Of a DNA stretch of 64,000 bases, positions 49,059 through 61,100 are shown piece after piece. This DNA comes from Takakia lepidozioides. Taxonomy: Eukaryota > Plantae > Bryophyta. Each line of letters begins with the position of its first letter. The stretch's first letter is position 1. Under the pieces are notes generated by a model that was not told the DNA's origin, did not search any database, and worked only from the letters and a program-made list of their open reading frames with translations. Location of the stretch: assembly GCA_030704615.1 (NCBI GenBank), contig CM060731.1, positions 10,974,001-11,038,000 of the forward strand, in the 5' to 3' direction. The translations under genes were made by a program, and so were the position numbers.

Positions 49059-52000
49059 CACTTTTATAAGCTAGCATGCATTCTACACACTAGCCAACCA
49101 TACCATGCATCACCATTCCAAACAAAATAGGACGCACAACATTTGGAACCCATTTCCTTTATAACAATTTTTTGTACAATACAAGTTTTTGTAATCGGAT
49201 TCCTAAGCTAGCTAAGCCGGGCTAAGCATGCATTTCCTCCCCCACGCTCCAAGGTTGATGTCCCCATCAACGTTTCTTCCGCTTTTGAGGTCGCCCTTCG
49301 AAAGCTGCAACCGCCTCGGATGCGTTTCCCATTTCTGAGGCACGCACCCAAGATGCCTCCACATGATGATAGCCCTTCCATTTGACGAGATACTCCGTTT
49401 CTCGGTTCTTGAACCTCCTCAACTTAAGTATTGCCTCCACCTCGTACTCAGGTTCATTTTCATGATCCAACAGCATAGGTGGCGGACGCAACACTTGATG
49501 CCGATTCGGACGCGCTTCATCTTTGAAGTAAGGCTTCAAAAGGGAGACATGGAATACTGGGTGCACCTTGCTGTTTGGCCGTCCGTCGTAGGTCGGAAGG
49601 CGGTGCTCATCTTCAGCCTCGTCCCCATCTTCTTCCAAAGTGCTCTCCAGAATTTACTCGTAAACTTTGGATCGCGGTCCGAGACAATATCCTTCGGGAC
49701 TCCATGATGCTTTAAGACGGGGGAAGTAAAGTCGCCCTGTCTCCTGCGCCGTTGCCGTCTCCTTGGTGGGGATGAAATGGCCCATTTTACTGAACCTATC
49801 TACCACCACCATGATTGCATCGAATCCTTTTGACAGCGGCATAGCAGTCATGAAATCCATCGAGACGCTTTCCCAAGTCCCCTCTGGAATCGGCAAGGGT
49901 TGTAACAGCCCCGCTTGCTTTTTGTACTCGCTCCGGTTTTGTTGGCATGTGGTGCATGTCTTGACATACTCCTCTGCCTCCTCCCTCAGTTTGGGCCAGA
50001 AATACTCTTTCTTCAAGAGTGCCGCAGTGCGCTTGGCTCCGCCGTGGCCCGCAAGCGGGCTATCATGGCATTCTCTCAAGAGGCTATCTCTGATCCCTCC
50101 CTTCGGCACGTAGAGACGTTTTGCTTATACCGGAGCAGTCCATTTTGCAAGTGGAACTGCGATTTAACCCCCATCCTCAAGTCCTGCATCACGGACTTGC
50201 CAGCTCATCCTTCCGGCAAGCCTTCCGGATCTTCCTTTGGAGCGCCGTCTCGCCCTTGTACACCAACAAGAGCTGCTGCTTTCTACTTAAAGCATCGGCC
50301 ACCACATTGTCCGTCCCGGTTTGTACTGGATATCCACGTCGAACACCGCCAAAGTATCTTGCCACCTAAGTTGTTTTGGGGACAACTTGGGCTGCGTGGC
50401 AAAATACTTCACCGTGACATTGTCCGTGAACACCTTCACTGGGTTGGAACCAACATAGTGGCGCCAAGCTCAAGGCAATGCACCACCGCCTTCATCTCTT
50501 TTTCGTGCGTCGGCCACCGTCGCTCCACTTCATTCAGTTTCTTACTTTCGTAAGCCACTGGACGTCCATCTTGCATAAGTACACCCCCAATCGCGAAGTC
50601 CGATGCATCTGTATGAATCTCAAACGGACGATCGAACTCCGGGATTTTCAAGACTGGAGCTTCCGCCATCCGCTGCTTCAATTCAGCAAAAGCTTGGCCA
50701 CAAAATGTGTTCCATACCCAGACTTTGGATTTACACAGAAGGTCCGACAGCGGCCCCCCGATCTTGGCGAAATTTCTCACATACTTCCGGTAATAGGAGG
50801 CGAGTCCTAGGAAGGATCGCACTCCCGGGACCGAAGTCGGAGGCTCCCAGTCCAAGATCGCCCTCACCTTTCTGTCATCCATTTTGATCCCATCCTGTGT
50901 AATCACATGCCCCAAGGACTCCCACTTTTGTGACCCCGAATTCGCACTTTGAAGCTTTGGCATACAGCTTCCCTTCTCGCAATTTTTGGAACACCCTTTT
51001 GAGGTGCTCCAGGTGCTCCTCCTTTGTTTCGAGTACACCAAGATGTCGTCGATGTACACGATCACAAAGTCATCCAACCACTCCTGAAAAAGGCTGTTCA
51101 TCAGCGTGCTAAATGTCGCTGGTGCATTGGTGAGCCCAAAGGCATCACCAAGAACTCATATGAACCATACCTTGTCCTGCACGCGGTCTTCTCCTCATCT
51201 CCTTCCGCCACCCGAATTTGTGATAGCCGGAGCGCAAGTCGATCCGGCTGAAATACTTCGCTCCTGCCAACCGATCGAAGAGGTCGTCGATCCTTGGCAA
51301 AGGGTACCGGTTTTTGATAGTCACCTTATTCAGAGCCCTGTAATCGACACACATCCGCAGCGTCCCATCCTTCTTGTCTGCAAATAGCACCGGGGCTCCG
51401 TAAGGTGACTTACTCGGCCGGATGTACCCCTTTGACATTAGATCCTTGAGCTGAGTCTTCAGCTCGACCAACTCTCTGTGGCTCAACCGGTAGGGCGCCT
51501 TGGCAGGCGGTTCCGATCCCGGTATCACCTCAATCTTGTGGTCAACTCCTCTTCGCGGTGGCAAGCCGCTTGGTAAATCCTCCGGCATCACATCCTGGTA
51601 TTTCTCCAAAATCCCCTTGATCCAATCTGGGCTCGGCTCCCCATCGCCTTCTCCTTTCACTTCTCTAATGTAAAGCAAAAACTGGGCTCGTGTGCCTCCT
51701 CCACGGCCCACTCCTTGCTGACAGAAGGTTTATTCGCCCTCCCACGGATTTGGGCGTTTCCGACACTCGTAAAACCTCGCCACCATTCCCACATGGCAGC
51801 GTGACTACTCTCTTGCGGCCATCTATGACCGCTCCGGATTTGCTCAAAAAGGTCATCCCCAAATGAGATCCACTCCATCGATCTCGCAGATGTGAAGTTC
51901 TCACGTCCCTCCCAACTCCCCAGTTGAAGAGGAACATCAAACGCCAACCTTGTCGCCAACTGTGGTTCTCCTTTGGCAGAACGCACCTCAATAGAGGCCC

Positions 52001-54125
52001 CCACGTCACTTGTCGGGAGTCCCAACTTTCGCGCCGCGCCGGCGTCATGAAGGAGTGCGACGCTCCTGTGTCCACCAACAACGACACGTTAGTTCCGGAT
52101 ATTATCCCATCCACGAACAATAACTGACTCCCTTTACGCAAGGCGCCAGTTTCCTGATACAACTCACAAGAATAGTTGCCTACCTTGCAAGTCCTGGCGA
52201 CCACCGCTTCCACCAAGCGACTGATGGTATCTTCCGACAGCTCCGTGGTCGCCCGAGTCATGTTCAATTGTCGAGGCTTTGTGCACTTCTTGGCCATGTG
52301 CCCGGGCTCCCCGCAATTGAAACACACTCCATCAAAGGTCGCCTTCTGTCCGCCATAAGCCGCTCCACCCGCTTTTCCTTTCGAAGCACCGGGTGCCGCC
52401 TTGACGTGTGAAGGCCCTCCCTTCGATTTCCACGTGCCATTGTCGCCGCGTGGCCTATCCCACTTCTTTTCCGGTCGGAAGGAGTCACCTTCCCGCCGCC
52501 GGTCTTCTTGTGGTTCAGCTCCGTACGGCCTTGTCTCTCACCCCTAGGGACATCCGAGAAACATTCAGCCCTCTCAATTGCCTCGTTCAAAGTCTTGGGT
52601 GGCTTCTCCTCCAACTTCCGCCTGGCCCATGGGGCCAGTCCCGCCACAAAGTTGAAGACCATTTCTGGTTCTGCCATGTCCGCGACTTCGAGCAACAGCA
52701 CATTGAAAGCCTGGACATACCCCCGAATGTCATCTGTTTGCTTCAAATTCCTCATCTTGTCCCGGGCAAGCCAGGACGCGTTGAGGGGCACAAACTGTCT
52801 CTTCATCAATTCCTTGAACCCACTCCAGTTCAAGGTTTCCGGGCTTGGGACCTCGGTCGTGAAGGCGTTTCTGCCACCATTGTTGAGCATAGCCCCTCAA
52901 ATAGGTGGGAGCCACTTCCACCCGATCCTCGTCACTCAACTTGGCCGCCCGGAAGTACTGCTCTAGCTCCAGGAGCCAGGTGTTGAGTGCCTTCCGATTT
53001 CGACGCCCTCGAAGGTGCCGGTTCCTTAGGCTTCACTTTAAACTTTGCCTTAGTGGAAGTGGCATTAGCCGCCTTCAACACGTCTTTCAACGTCCCGCCA
53101 AACTGCGCCACAAAACCTTCCCAAAAGGCTGCCGGCATGGGAGGCATCTGTTGGTTTGTCGGAGCTCTCAAAGGATTCCTCGGGCTCCGACTCCTCGGAT
53201 TCCTCCGCTCTTGAGCGGCCTCGTTTTCGGAAACATGCATCGCTTCCTCAAACGGCCGCCTTGGTGACACGTCGCCCCCATCGGGCTCACCAGGATCATC
53301 ATCTTTGGGCCGTTCCGCTTTCGCTTTGGCTTGCCCGACCCCATGATGAGGCCAATCCCAAGGACGATCGCGTACTGAACTCTAAGCTCTGATACCAAGT
53401 GTCGCGCACCTCACTTCGGTAAGCTCCCCTTCAAGTCATAGTTACTCGCTTTGATGCGCGCGCCTGACTCCCAACCTGGCCGCCGGGCCAACTTGGAGCT
53501 TCGGCTGCTCACCGGGACATAACGGTCCCCCCTTCGCTTCCCCCTAAACCCTCCACCTTTGGGACTAGGAGAATTCCCTTTGGTAGATGGCAGTCCGGAA
53601 CAGCTCCCCACTCTTGGTCGCTTTCCGGCTCGCACGCTTACTCACTAGTTTTTGGTCACCAACGGGCTTGCACCGTTCTCGGGGTCACTACTCCCCTTAT
53701 ATATACTTCTGTAGCTGTCCGCGGGGGTTTCACAACCAGCCATGCCATTTTATGGCGAACCACCACGAAAACCCTCGACTCCCGGTGATGAGTCGCGGTG
53801 AGTCTTGGCCCACTCACCACGGCCCCTCTGGACCGTGATGAGTCCCAAGACTCCCCACGACCCCCACCACGAGGTCTCCGCCCCCATGGTGAGTCCTATG
53901 CCACCCCCACTAAGTCCCGCTAAGCTACCACCACCCCTTGTGGAGCCACCCCCACCGCAACCCGGTGTGCGGGGCTCCACCTAGTGAGCGCCTCCGCCTC
54001 CTTGAGTGCCTTGGGCACTCAAGGGTGCTTCAGCCCCCCCATACCTATCGCTGCCGCTACCCCCACCACAGGGGCAGCCCCTCATGTGTCCCGATCCCCT
54101 GCCCTCAAGGCAAAGGGCCGCGACA
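49059..54125 (-). mobile_element. Inner Ty3/Gypsy chromovirus inserted in the PPR cargo; 5' LTR intact, 3' LTR absent
   Basis: gag (52264-53270), knuckle CFNCGEPGHMAKKC, protease LLVDTGASHSF, RT VYIDDILVYS, RNase H HTDASDFAIG, integrase HDSPLAGH...CTTC, chromodomain EYEVEAIL...YLVKWKGY; multiple frameshifts. Confidence 0.93.
53400..54125 (-). repeat. 5' LTR of the inner Gypsy (726 bp) with tRNA-iMet primer-binding site
   Basis: TGTCGCG...CGCGACA termini; minus-strand TGGTATCAGAGC at 53397-53386. Confidence 0.9.
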
Positions 54126-54865
54126 ATGTCATTCTGAACACTGCCCTGGCAGCTCTGGAAAAGGGGAAAGAGGTCCATGGTGACATCTTCAGAGCTGGAA
54201 TTGTACCAAATGTCATTCTGAACCATACCCTGGAGGACATGTATGCAAAGTGGGTGCATCGAGCCCTGGAGAAGGGCAAAGAGGTGCATGGTGATATCAT
54301 CAAAGCTGGAATTGTACCAAATGTCATTCTGAACACTGCCCTGGCAGCTTAGGAAAAGGGGAAAGAGGTCCATGGTGACATCTTCAGAGCTGGAATGGTA
54401 CCAAATGTCATTCTGAACCATACCCTGGTGGACATGTATGCAAAGTGGGTGCATCGAGCCCTGGAGAAGGGCAAAGAGGTGCATGGCGATATCATCAGAG
54501 CTGAAATTGTACCAAATGTCATTCTAAACACTGCCCTGGCAGCTCTGGAAAAAGGGAAAGAGGTCCATGGCGATATCTTCAGAGCTGGAATTGTACCAAA
54601 TGTCATTCTAAACAATACCCTAGTGGACATGTATGCAAAATGTAGGTGCATCGAGGATGCAAAAGGGAGTGTTCAACATTATGGCTGAACGAGATGTGGT
54701 GTCGTGGAGTGCGTGCTTGCAGGGTATGCACAACGGGGACGTGGGATGGAGGCTTTGGAGACCTTGAGCAAATGATGGGGGTAGAGGTGAAGCCCGGGAA
54801 AAGGACAAAGAGGTGCATGGGGATATCATCAAAGCTGGAATTGTACCAGAGTCATTCTGAACACA
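54126..54865 (+). pseudogene. PLS-class PPR fragments (cargo, right part): tandem 84/111-bp L-S units
   Basis: ATGTCATTCT restarts at 54126, 54210, 54321, 54405, 54516, 54600; translates to repeats of ALEKGKEVHGDI.RAGIVPNVILN; one TAG at 54350-54352. Confidence 0.9.
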
Positions 54866-55127
54866 ACCGGTAACCAATCCATTCATTGGCTGCATTTTTG
54901 TGTCAAAAGTCCATGCGTAGACTAGAATCCACATGTTCAATGGTGGGTAGGGAAAACTGTTCTTGCTGCCCAAAGTATGTGATAGTCATAAGCCTAGCAA
55001 TTGTCTCTGAAAAAATGATGGATGACTAGTGCCTTGGTTACAGCATCCACCCTTGTCAACTCTTGCGATGTTGTAATGAAATATACCTGCAACGGGCATT
55101 GATTAGAAGTTAGTTTTACTTCCATGT

Positions 55128-56472
55128 CAGCTGCTAGCAGCAAGGCAAGGATGTATGCATGATTTGTGTAGAGTCATGGACAGCTGAAGAGCAGGGATAG
55201 AGTGGGGGTCCAGATCCATCTAGAAGAAGGTCGGGTTTCAAGCTCCAGATTACCTATCATTCCTTGTGGAAGGACAAGTACAAGAAACAGATGGTCAAGT
55301 GGAAGCCGCATCAGCAGCGGCACAATTGATAAAATCAGGCATTATTAATGAAGGCACCTTCTTCAACACATTTCACCTGTTTTTCCATCTTATCAGAGTT
55401 GGCACTTTATTTTCATGTTCAATAGCTACAAGAAACCTGCATGGGTAGATGGTCAACTGAAAGCTGCAGTAGCAGCGGCGTAATTGATAAAATCAGACGC
55501 TGCTATAAATTTTCATGTTGAATTCTGCAAGTTAGCTGGTTGAGTGAACCTTTGTAGTTTGGAGTGACTTTTGACATGATACTGCCAATGTGACAACAAG
55601 AAAGAATCCAGAAACAGGTAACGGAGACCACAAGAAACTGTGGAGTGAATACTTTTCTGACCCCAGTCAACGGTGGGACAATCAAGGCAAAAAGGTGAAT
55701 GCCTATTGGATTACAGAGAGGAGAAGATGCAATTGAGCATAGGAACTAGTGTAGTTGAGTTGGGTATTTCCTAGAACAATTCGAGGCTTTCATTATTAGC
55801 TACTAGCAACAAGGCAAGGGTGAATGCATGATTTTGGCAGAGGCATGGATAGCTGAAGGAGCAGGGATAGAGTGTGGGTCCAGATTCATCAAAGAGGGCC
55901 GGACTTCAAGCTCCTATGATTCCATGTGGATCAATAGCTACTAGCAACTTGCATGGATAGATGGTCAATTGGAAGCTGCAGCAGTAGCGGTGGAATTGAT
56001 AAATCAGGCACTACTAATGAAGGCACATTCTTCAACACATTTCACCCTGTTTTTCCTTCTTATCAGAATTGACCCTAAGTTTCCATGTTGAATTCTGCAT
56101 GCTAGCTGGTTGAGTGAACCTTTGATAGTTTGGAGTGACTTGACATAATACTGCCAATGTGACAACAGGAAAGCATCCAGAAACAGGTAACAGAGATGAG
56201 GAGAAGCTGTGGAATGAATACTTTTTTACCCAGTCAACGGTGGGACAATCCAGGCAAGAAGGTGAATGTCTGTCTGATCATAGAGAGTAGCAGATGCAAT
56301 TGAGCATAGGAACTAGTGTGATAAGTTGAGTTGGGTGTTTCCTAGAATAAATCTAGGTTGTCATCGTCAGCTGCTAGCAGCAAGGCAAGGATATATGCAT
56401 GATTTATGCATAGGCATGGATAGCTGAAGGAGCAGGGATAGAGTGTGGGTCCAGATTCATCCAAGAGGGCCA
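55128..56472. repeat. Tandem duplication inside the Pack-CACTA, unit about 570-670 bp, 2 copies plus a partial
   Basis: AGCT.CTAGCA.CAAGGCAAGG.T..ATGCATGATTT restarts at about 55128, 55797, 56368. Confidence 0.85.
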
Positions 56473-57323
56473 GAAAGAGGTCCATGGTGACATCGTCAAA
56501 GCTGGAATTGTACCGGATGTCATTCTGAACACTGCCATGGTGACATATCATAGTCAGGATCATGACTGCAATACCTCCTCAATACATGCCACGTGTCCAC
56601 ATATCAGGATGTTTGTAGTCATGACAATGATTGCAAGACCTCCTCATTATATGCCACGTATCCAAATATTAGCATGGTTGTAGTCAGGATAATGACTGCA
56701 GATCCTCCTCAAGGATATGCCACGTGGCAGTTTCGGGAGACGTCATATGGCGCACATTCACAAAACCTCCTGGACTTATTAGAAAGAGACACGTGTACAG
56801 TTTGCAGCAGCACACTAAGTCATGTATGGTAGAAGTACGTCTGACTGCCACATGACAGTAAGATGTATCACTCTGACTGCAGTCATCCATGACCGACCAT
56901 ACTGTACTCATTGTATTGACTTGGTTTGCACGACTTAAAGTCATAGAAGTCATATATACCGTTTATGACTACGGGATAGTCATATATACAGTCATATATA
57001 CCGCGATTTGTTGTAGTGAGTCCATGAATGCGGTAGATATTATTGAGGAAGAATCTTGCAGTTTCCTTGCCGGTAACCGTCTTATTACATGGAATGAAAT
57101 GTGTCATCTTCGTAAAACGACCTATAATAACAAGGATTGAATCGGTGGTCTTTGGAAGGTTCGTAACAAAGTCCATAGACACGGACGACCATGGACCCTT
57201 GGGAATGGGTAATGGTTGAAGAAGGCCATAAGGTCGATGTCGTGGTCCCTTCGCTCTAGCACACGTGTCGCAAGATTTTATAAATTCTTTCACGAGTTTT
57301 CACATCTGCGGCCACCAATAGTC

Positions 57324-58151
57324 CACTACAACAGATCACGGTATTTATGACTGTATTTATGACTATTCTGCAGTCATAAACGGTACATATGACTTCTATG
57401 ACTGTAAGTCGTGCAAACCAAGTGAATACAATGAGTACAAGATGGTACGGTCTGGATGAGTACAGTCACATAAACCAAGTGATATCTCTCACTGCAGTCA
57501 TATATACCATTATACTGCAGTCGCCGCTGCCGCGCCACGTGACGAGGCGCAATTGATTAAAAATTAAATTAAATTAAAAAAATTAAAAAAATTAAAAACA
57601 TATGTCGGACGCCGCGTTGCACCGCATTATGCCACGTGACATAATGTATTTTATAATAATGAAAAAACCACGTGGCAGTCCATCTAGGCTACCACGTGCT
57701 ATCCTTAGCTCGCCTACTAACCCTAGGGCCATCTTATCCATTTGATTGTACTTAGAGGAGTTTGAACCTGCAACCTCTTTACTATAAGAACCAATACACC
57801 CATTAGTCATTCATGTGATCATATGATGTTTTAATTGTATAACACACGTCAAATTACAAAATCCCCAGTAGTCATCATGACTATGTAATTTCATCCATGT
57901 ACATTGTAGTCATGGAAATGACTATGAATGGTGAGCTAAATCTGGTCAATTGTCGTTGACCAGCCTTCCGCCCATTCCGGAGCCATGTAGTCATACAGAC
58001 AACTCTTAGATAGTCGTTCATATGACTGTAGTCGTATGAACGACTGCGGAAGGTCAATTTCATATAAAAACATGGTGCAGTCACGGTCAAAGTCAAGAAA
58101 ACCATTACTACCACGGTTTGGCAGTCATAACTACCGCGATCTGTTGTAGTG
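57324..58151. mobile_element. Small non-autonomous CACTA (828 bp), same family as the Pack-CACTA, opposite orientation
   Basis: TIRs CACTACAACAGATCACGGTA / TACCGCGATCTGTTGTAGTG; TSD GTC (57321-57323, 58152-58154); excision restores host ELISKDYWWPQM. Confidence 0.93.
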
Positions 58152-61100
58152 GTCCTTGGATATCAATTCCATTGTTTTGTTGAAGCCGAAATGTTCCGCA
58201 GGCGGAAGATCATGACATGTTTGAAGAATTCGAAGGCGTGTAGGTCCTGGAGGTACATAGAGAAGTCCCTTGAAATAAAATCAGTCATCTTTGAACTCGA
58301 AGTCGTTTGTAACATGTGGGTTGTCTCGAGGTCGATTTAGTTGACTTCGTAGTATCGTAGAAAATTGGTCGTTCTTCAGTGCTTCCTGAATCTCCTTTAT
58401 GATCTCTGCATCGTCATAGGTGGACATGAATAACATATTCAATTGGAGATTTGCTGGTTTCAAGATGATGGATTTCTGTTGGTCAAAAGCTGCATCCCCT
58501 TCCTTTGGCGCAAGATACGATCGTCGAGAAAGAACATCTGGTTTTCCTTGAAGATGTCCGGGACGGTAGATAATAACAAAATCAAACCTTGCTAGTGACA
58601 TACTCCATCTTGCTTGACATCGATTCAAAACACGAGCACTCATAAAATACTTTGTGATCGGTATAGACAGTGACCTGATGTTGAGCTCCCTCCAATAGAT
58701 GACGCCACTCCTCAAAAGCATCGATAATTGCTAAAAGTTCTTTGTCATGGATTTCATAATTGATCTCCGCAGCGAAAAATTTGCGAGAACGAAAACCAAC
58801 AGGATGAAGTTGGCCATCTGTACCGTATTGAGATAGTACCGCGTCAAGTGCAAAGTCCGATGCATCTGCTTCCAAAAAGAATGGTTTAGATGGGTCTGCA
58901 TGTACCAGTATTGGAGCCGTTGTAAATGTCTACTTCAGCCTTTCAAATGCTTTGTCAGCCTTCTCGTCCCATACAAATTTGTCCTTCCTTGTGAGTCGTG
59001 TCATTGGTGCAGCAATTTTGGAGTAGTATTGGATGAAGATTCTATAGAAATTTGCAAATCCTAGAAAATATTGTACATCTCGGACCGAAGTTGGTTTAAC
59101 CCACTCGATGATGGTTTGTATTTTCTTCTGATCCATAAAAACTCATTTGTCGGAAATAATGTAGCCCAAAATTCGACTTCAGATTGGTGGAAAAGACATT
59201 TTTCTAACTTGGCATATAGTTTTTTTTTCCCTCAAATTATCAAGGACAAGGCGTACATGGCGACCATGTTCTTCTTCATTCTGTGAAAATATCAAAATGT
59301 CGTCCAAATAAATGACTACAAAGTCATCTAAAAATTCTCGAAAGATGTCATTCATCATGTGTTGAAAAATTGCTGGAGCATTTGAAAGACCGAAAGGCAT
59401 AACACTGTATTCGAAATGTCCATACCTTGTGCGAAAATCAGTCTTCCATTCGTCTCCTTCTTTTATTCGTACAAGGTTGTAAGCTCATCTCAAGTCGATC
59501 TTTGTGAAAAAATTTGCTCGTCCAAGTTGTTCGAGGAGTCCGAAAATCAGCGGTAGTGGATAACAATTTTTCACAGTGACTTTGTTGAGCCCACGATAGT
59601 CCACACACATGCGTAACGATCCGTCATTCTTCTTCACAAATAAGATAGGGTGCTCCCGCGGGTGATTTCGAATGTTGAATGAATTTTTTTGACAAATTTT
59701 CATCAATGTATTCGCATAAAGCAGTCAGCTCCGTCTGAGATAAATTGTAGATCGGGCCGAATGGTGGTTGAGCTCTTTCTTGCAACTCAATTGCACAATC
59801 ATAAGATCGATGTTTTGGCAACATGTCTGCATTTTTCTTCTCGAAGACGTCCTTGAAATCTTGATATTGAGTGGATAATGTCGAAGTACCTTGGTCTGTT
59901 GTGGTTTTGATCGGAATCGCATAAAGTGCAAATGTCGCGTCTTTCTTCGTAGCTCTCATGAAGGCTCTAGCTCCAAGAAACAGGGGTTGAATACCTTTGG
60001 TACTTTTGCATTTTTGTCTTGCCGAAATTTTTCGTGATCGCCAGTCAATGTCAGGATTATGAAGGACAAACTAGGGAAGTCCAAGGATCACAAGATTCGT
60101 TGGAGACTGGATGACATTGAAAACAATCTGTGATGCTTGATTTTTAAGCTTCACTTCAAGGGGCCGAGTTTCATGGTCAATATTTCCTGATGCTAACAGT
60201 CGTCCATCGATGATTTCAACAGGGGCCGAGAATTTCCTTCTTACGAGCGTTAAATTGTGTTGTTTCGCAAAGTCTTTGTCAATAAAACACGCTGAAGCGC
60301 TCAAGTCCAAAAGTGCTTCTACGGAGATATCTCGATTTTGCATCTTGATCTTTACTGGAACTGTGAAACAAGATACATGGTCTGGAGGTAGAAATAGACA
60401 TTTTTTTGGTGAGGAATTTGGGGTGTCCAGCCGCATAGTCCCTACTGTGACTGGACATCTTCGTTTTCCGACCTCCTCGTATCGAACACTTTAGTGGTGC
60501 CCCGAGCTTTGAATCTTCTTTTGTTGGGGCAGTTTAATGCCATGTGATCATCTTCTCCGCAATAAAGGCATAATCTATTCAAGCGCCGTCTTTGTTTCTC
60601 GTCAGTAACAAGATTTGACCCCATAATCATCTGGGTGGCACTCAGTGCACTTCACCAACTGAGCTAGTGACTGCTGGTATCTCATTCAACTCTTACTAAA
60701 TGTCGAGTGAACAGTGGAACTTGCTTTATGAGCCAAATATAAACTATTTTTTCTCCTGAAGTTTATACATAATGTTTCTTTATTGCTCATATTATATATT
60801 AATAGACAAATAATTATAATTATATTTAAAATGATCCATTTAAATTCATTTAAATGATTAAAAAATACATATTCAGATATTTCTCCTTATTCTGGACCAA
60901 ACTTTAGTCCAGATTTACTTAAAATTGTGTTACCTAATTCGACACGGTCATCCTGCATGACTCAAAATCTTTATTTACAAACTTACAATCAACTGGCATA
61001 TTGTATTTCCTAGCTCGTTGATAAGCCAAGAAAATATCTCTCAAGGAAGAGAGGCTTGGGGCTAGGTATGAAGCGGTTAAAAAAGCTAAAGTCTTAAGTG

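Larger units (their letters stand above)
47202..57018. mobile_element. Large non-autonomous CACTA (Pack-CACTA), 9817 bp, carrying PLS-PPR fragments
   Basis: TIRs CACTACAATAGAACGTGGTATAT / ATATACCGCGATTTGTTGTAGTG; 3-bp TSD AGT (47199-47201, 57019-57021). Excision restores host integrase [17 protein letters not shown]. Subterminal ATGACT/AGTCAT repeats; no CACTA transposase recognised inside. Confidence 0.92.
45095..60630 (-). mobile_element. Outer Ty3/Gypsy chromovirus, degenerate, 5'-truncated, split by two CACTA insertions
   Basis: Segment 60630-58152: gag knuckle CLYCGEDDHMALNC, protease [21 protein letters not shown], RNase H EADASDFA. Segments 57323-57019 and 47201-45703: integrase, chromodomain [28 protein letters not shown] and 3' LTR present; no 5' LTR seen. 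Confidence 0.92.

Noticed and set aside
47584-54865. An intact functional PPR editing factor
   Set aside because: Frameshifts, stops, a retrotransposon insertion and no E/DYW domain.
57755-57810. tRNA-like GGTTCAAACTCC on the minus strand
   Set aside because: No cloverleaf; an isolated B-box-like motif inside the small CACTA.
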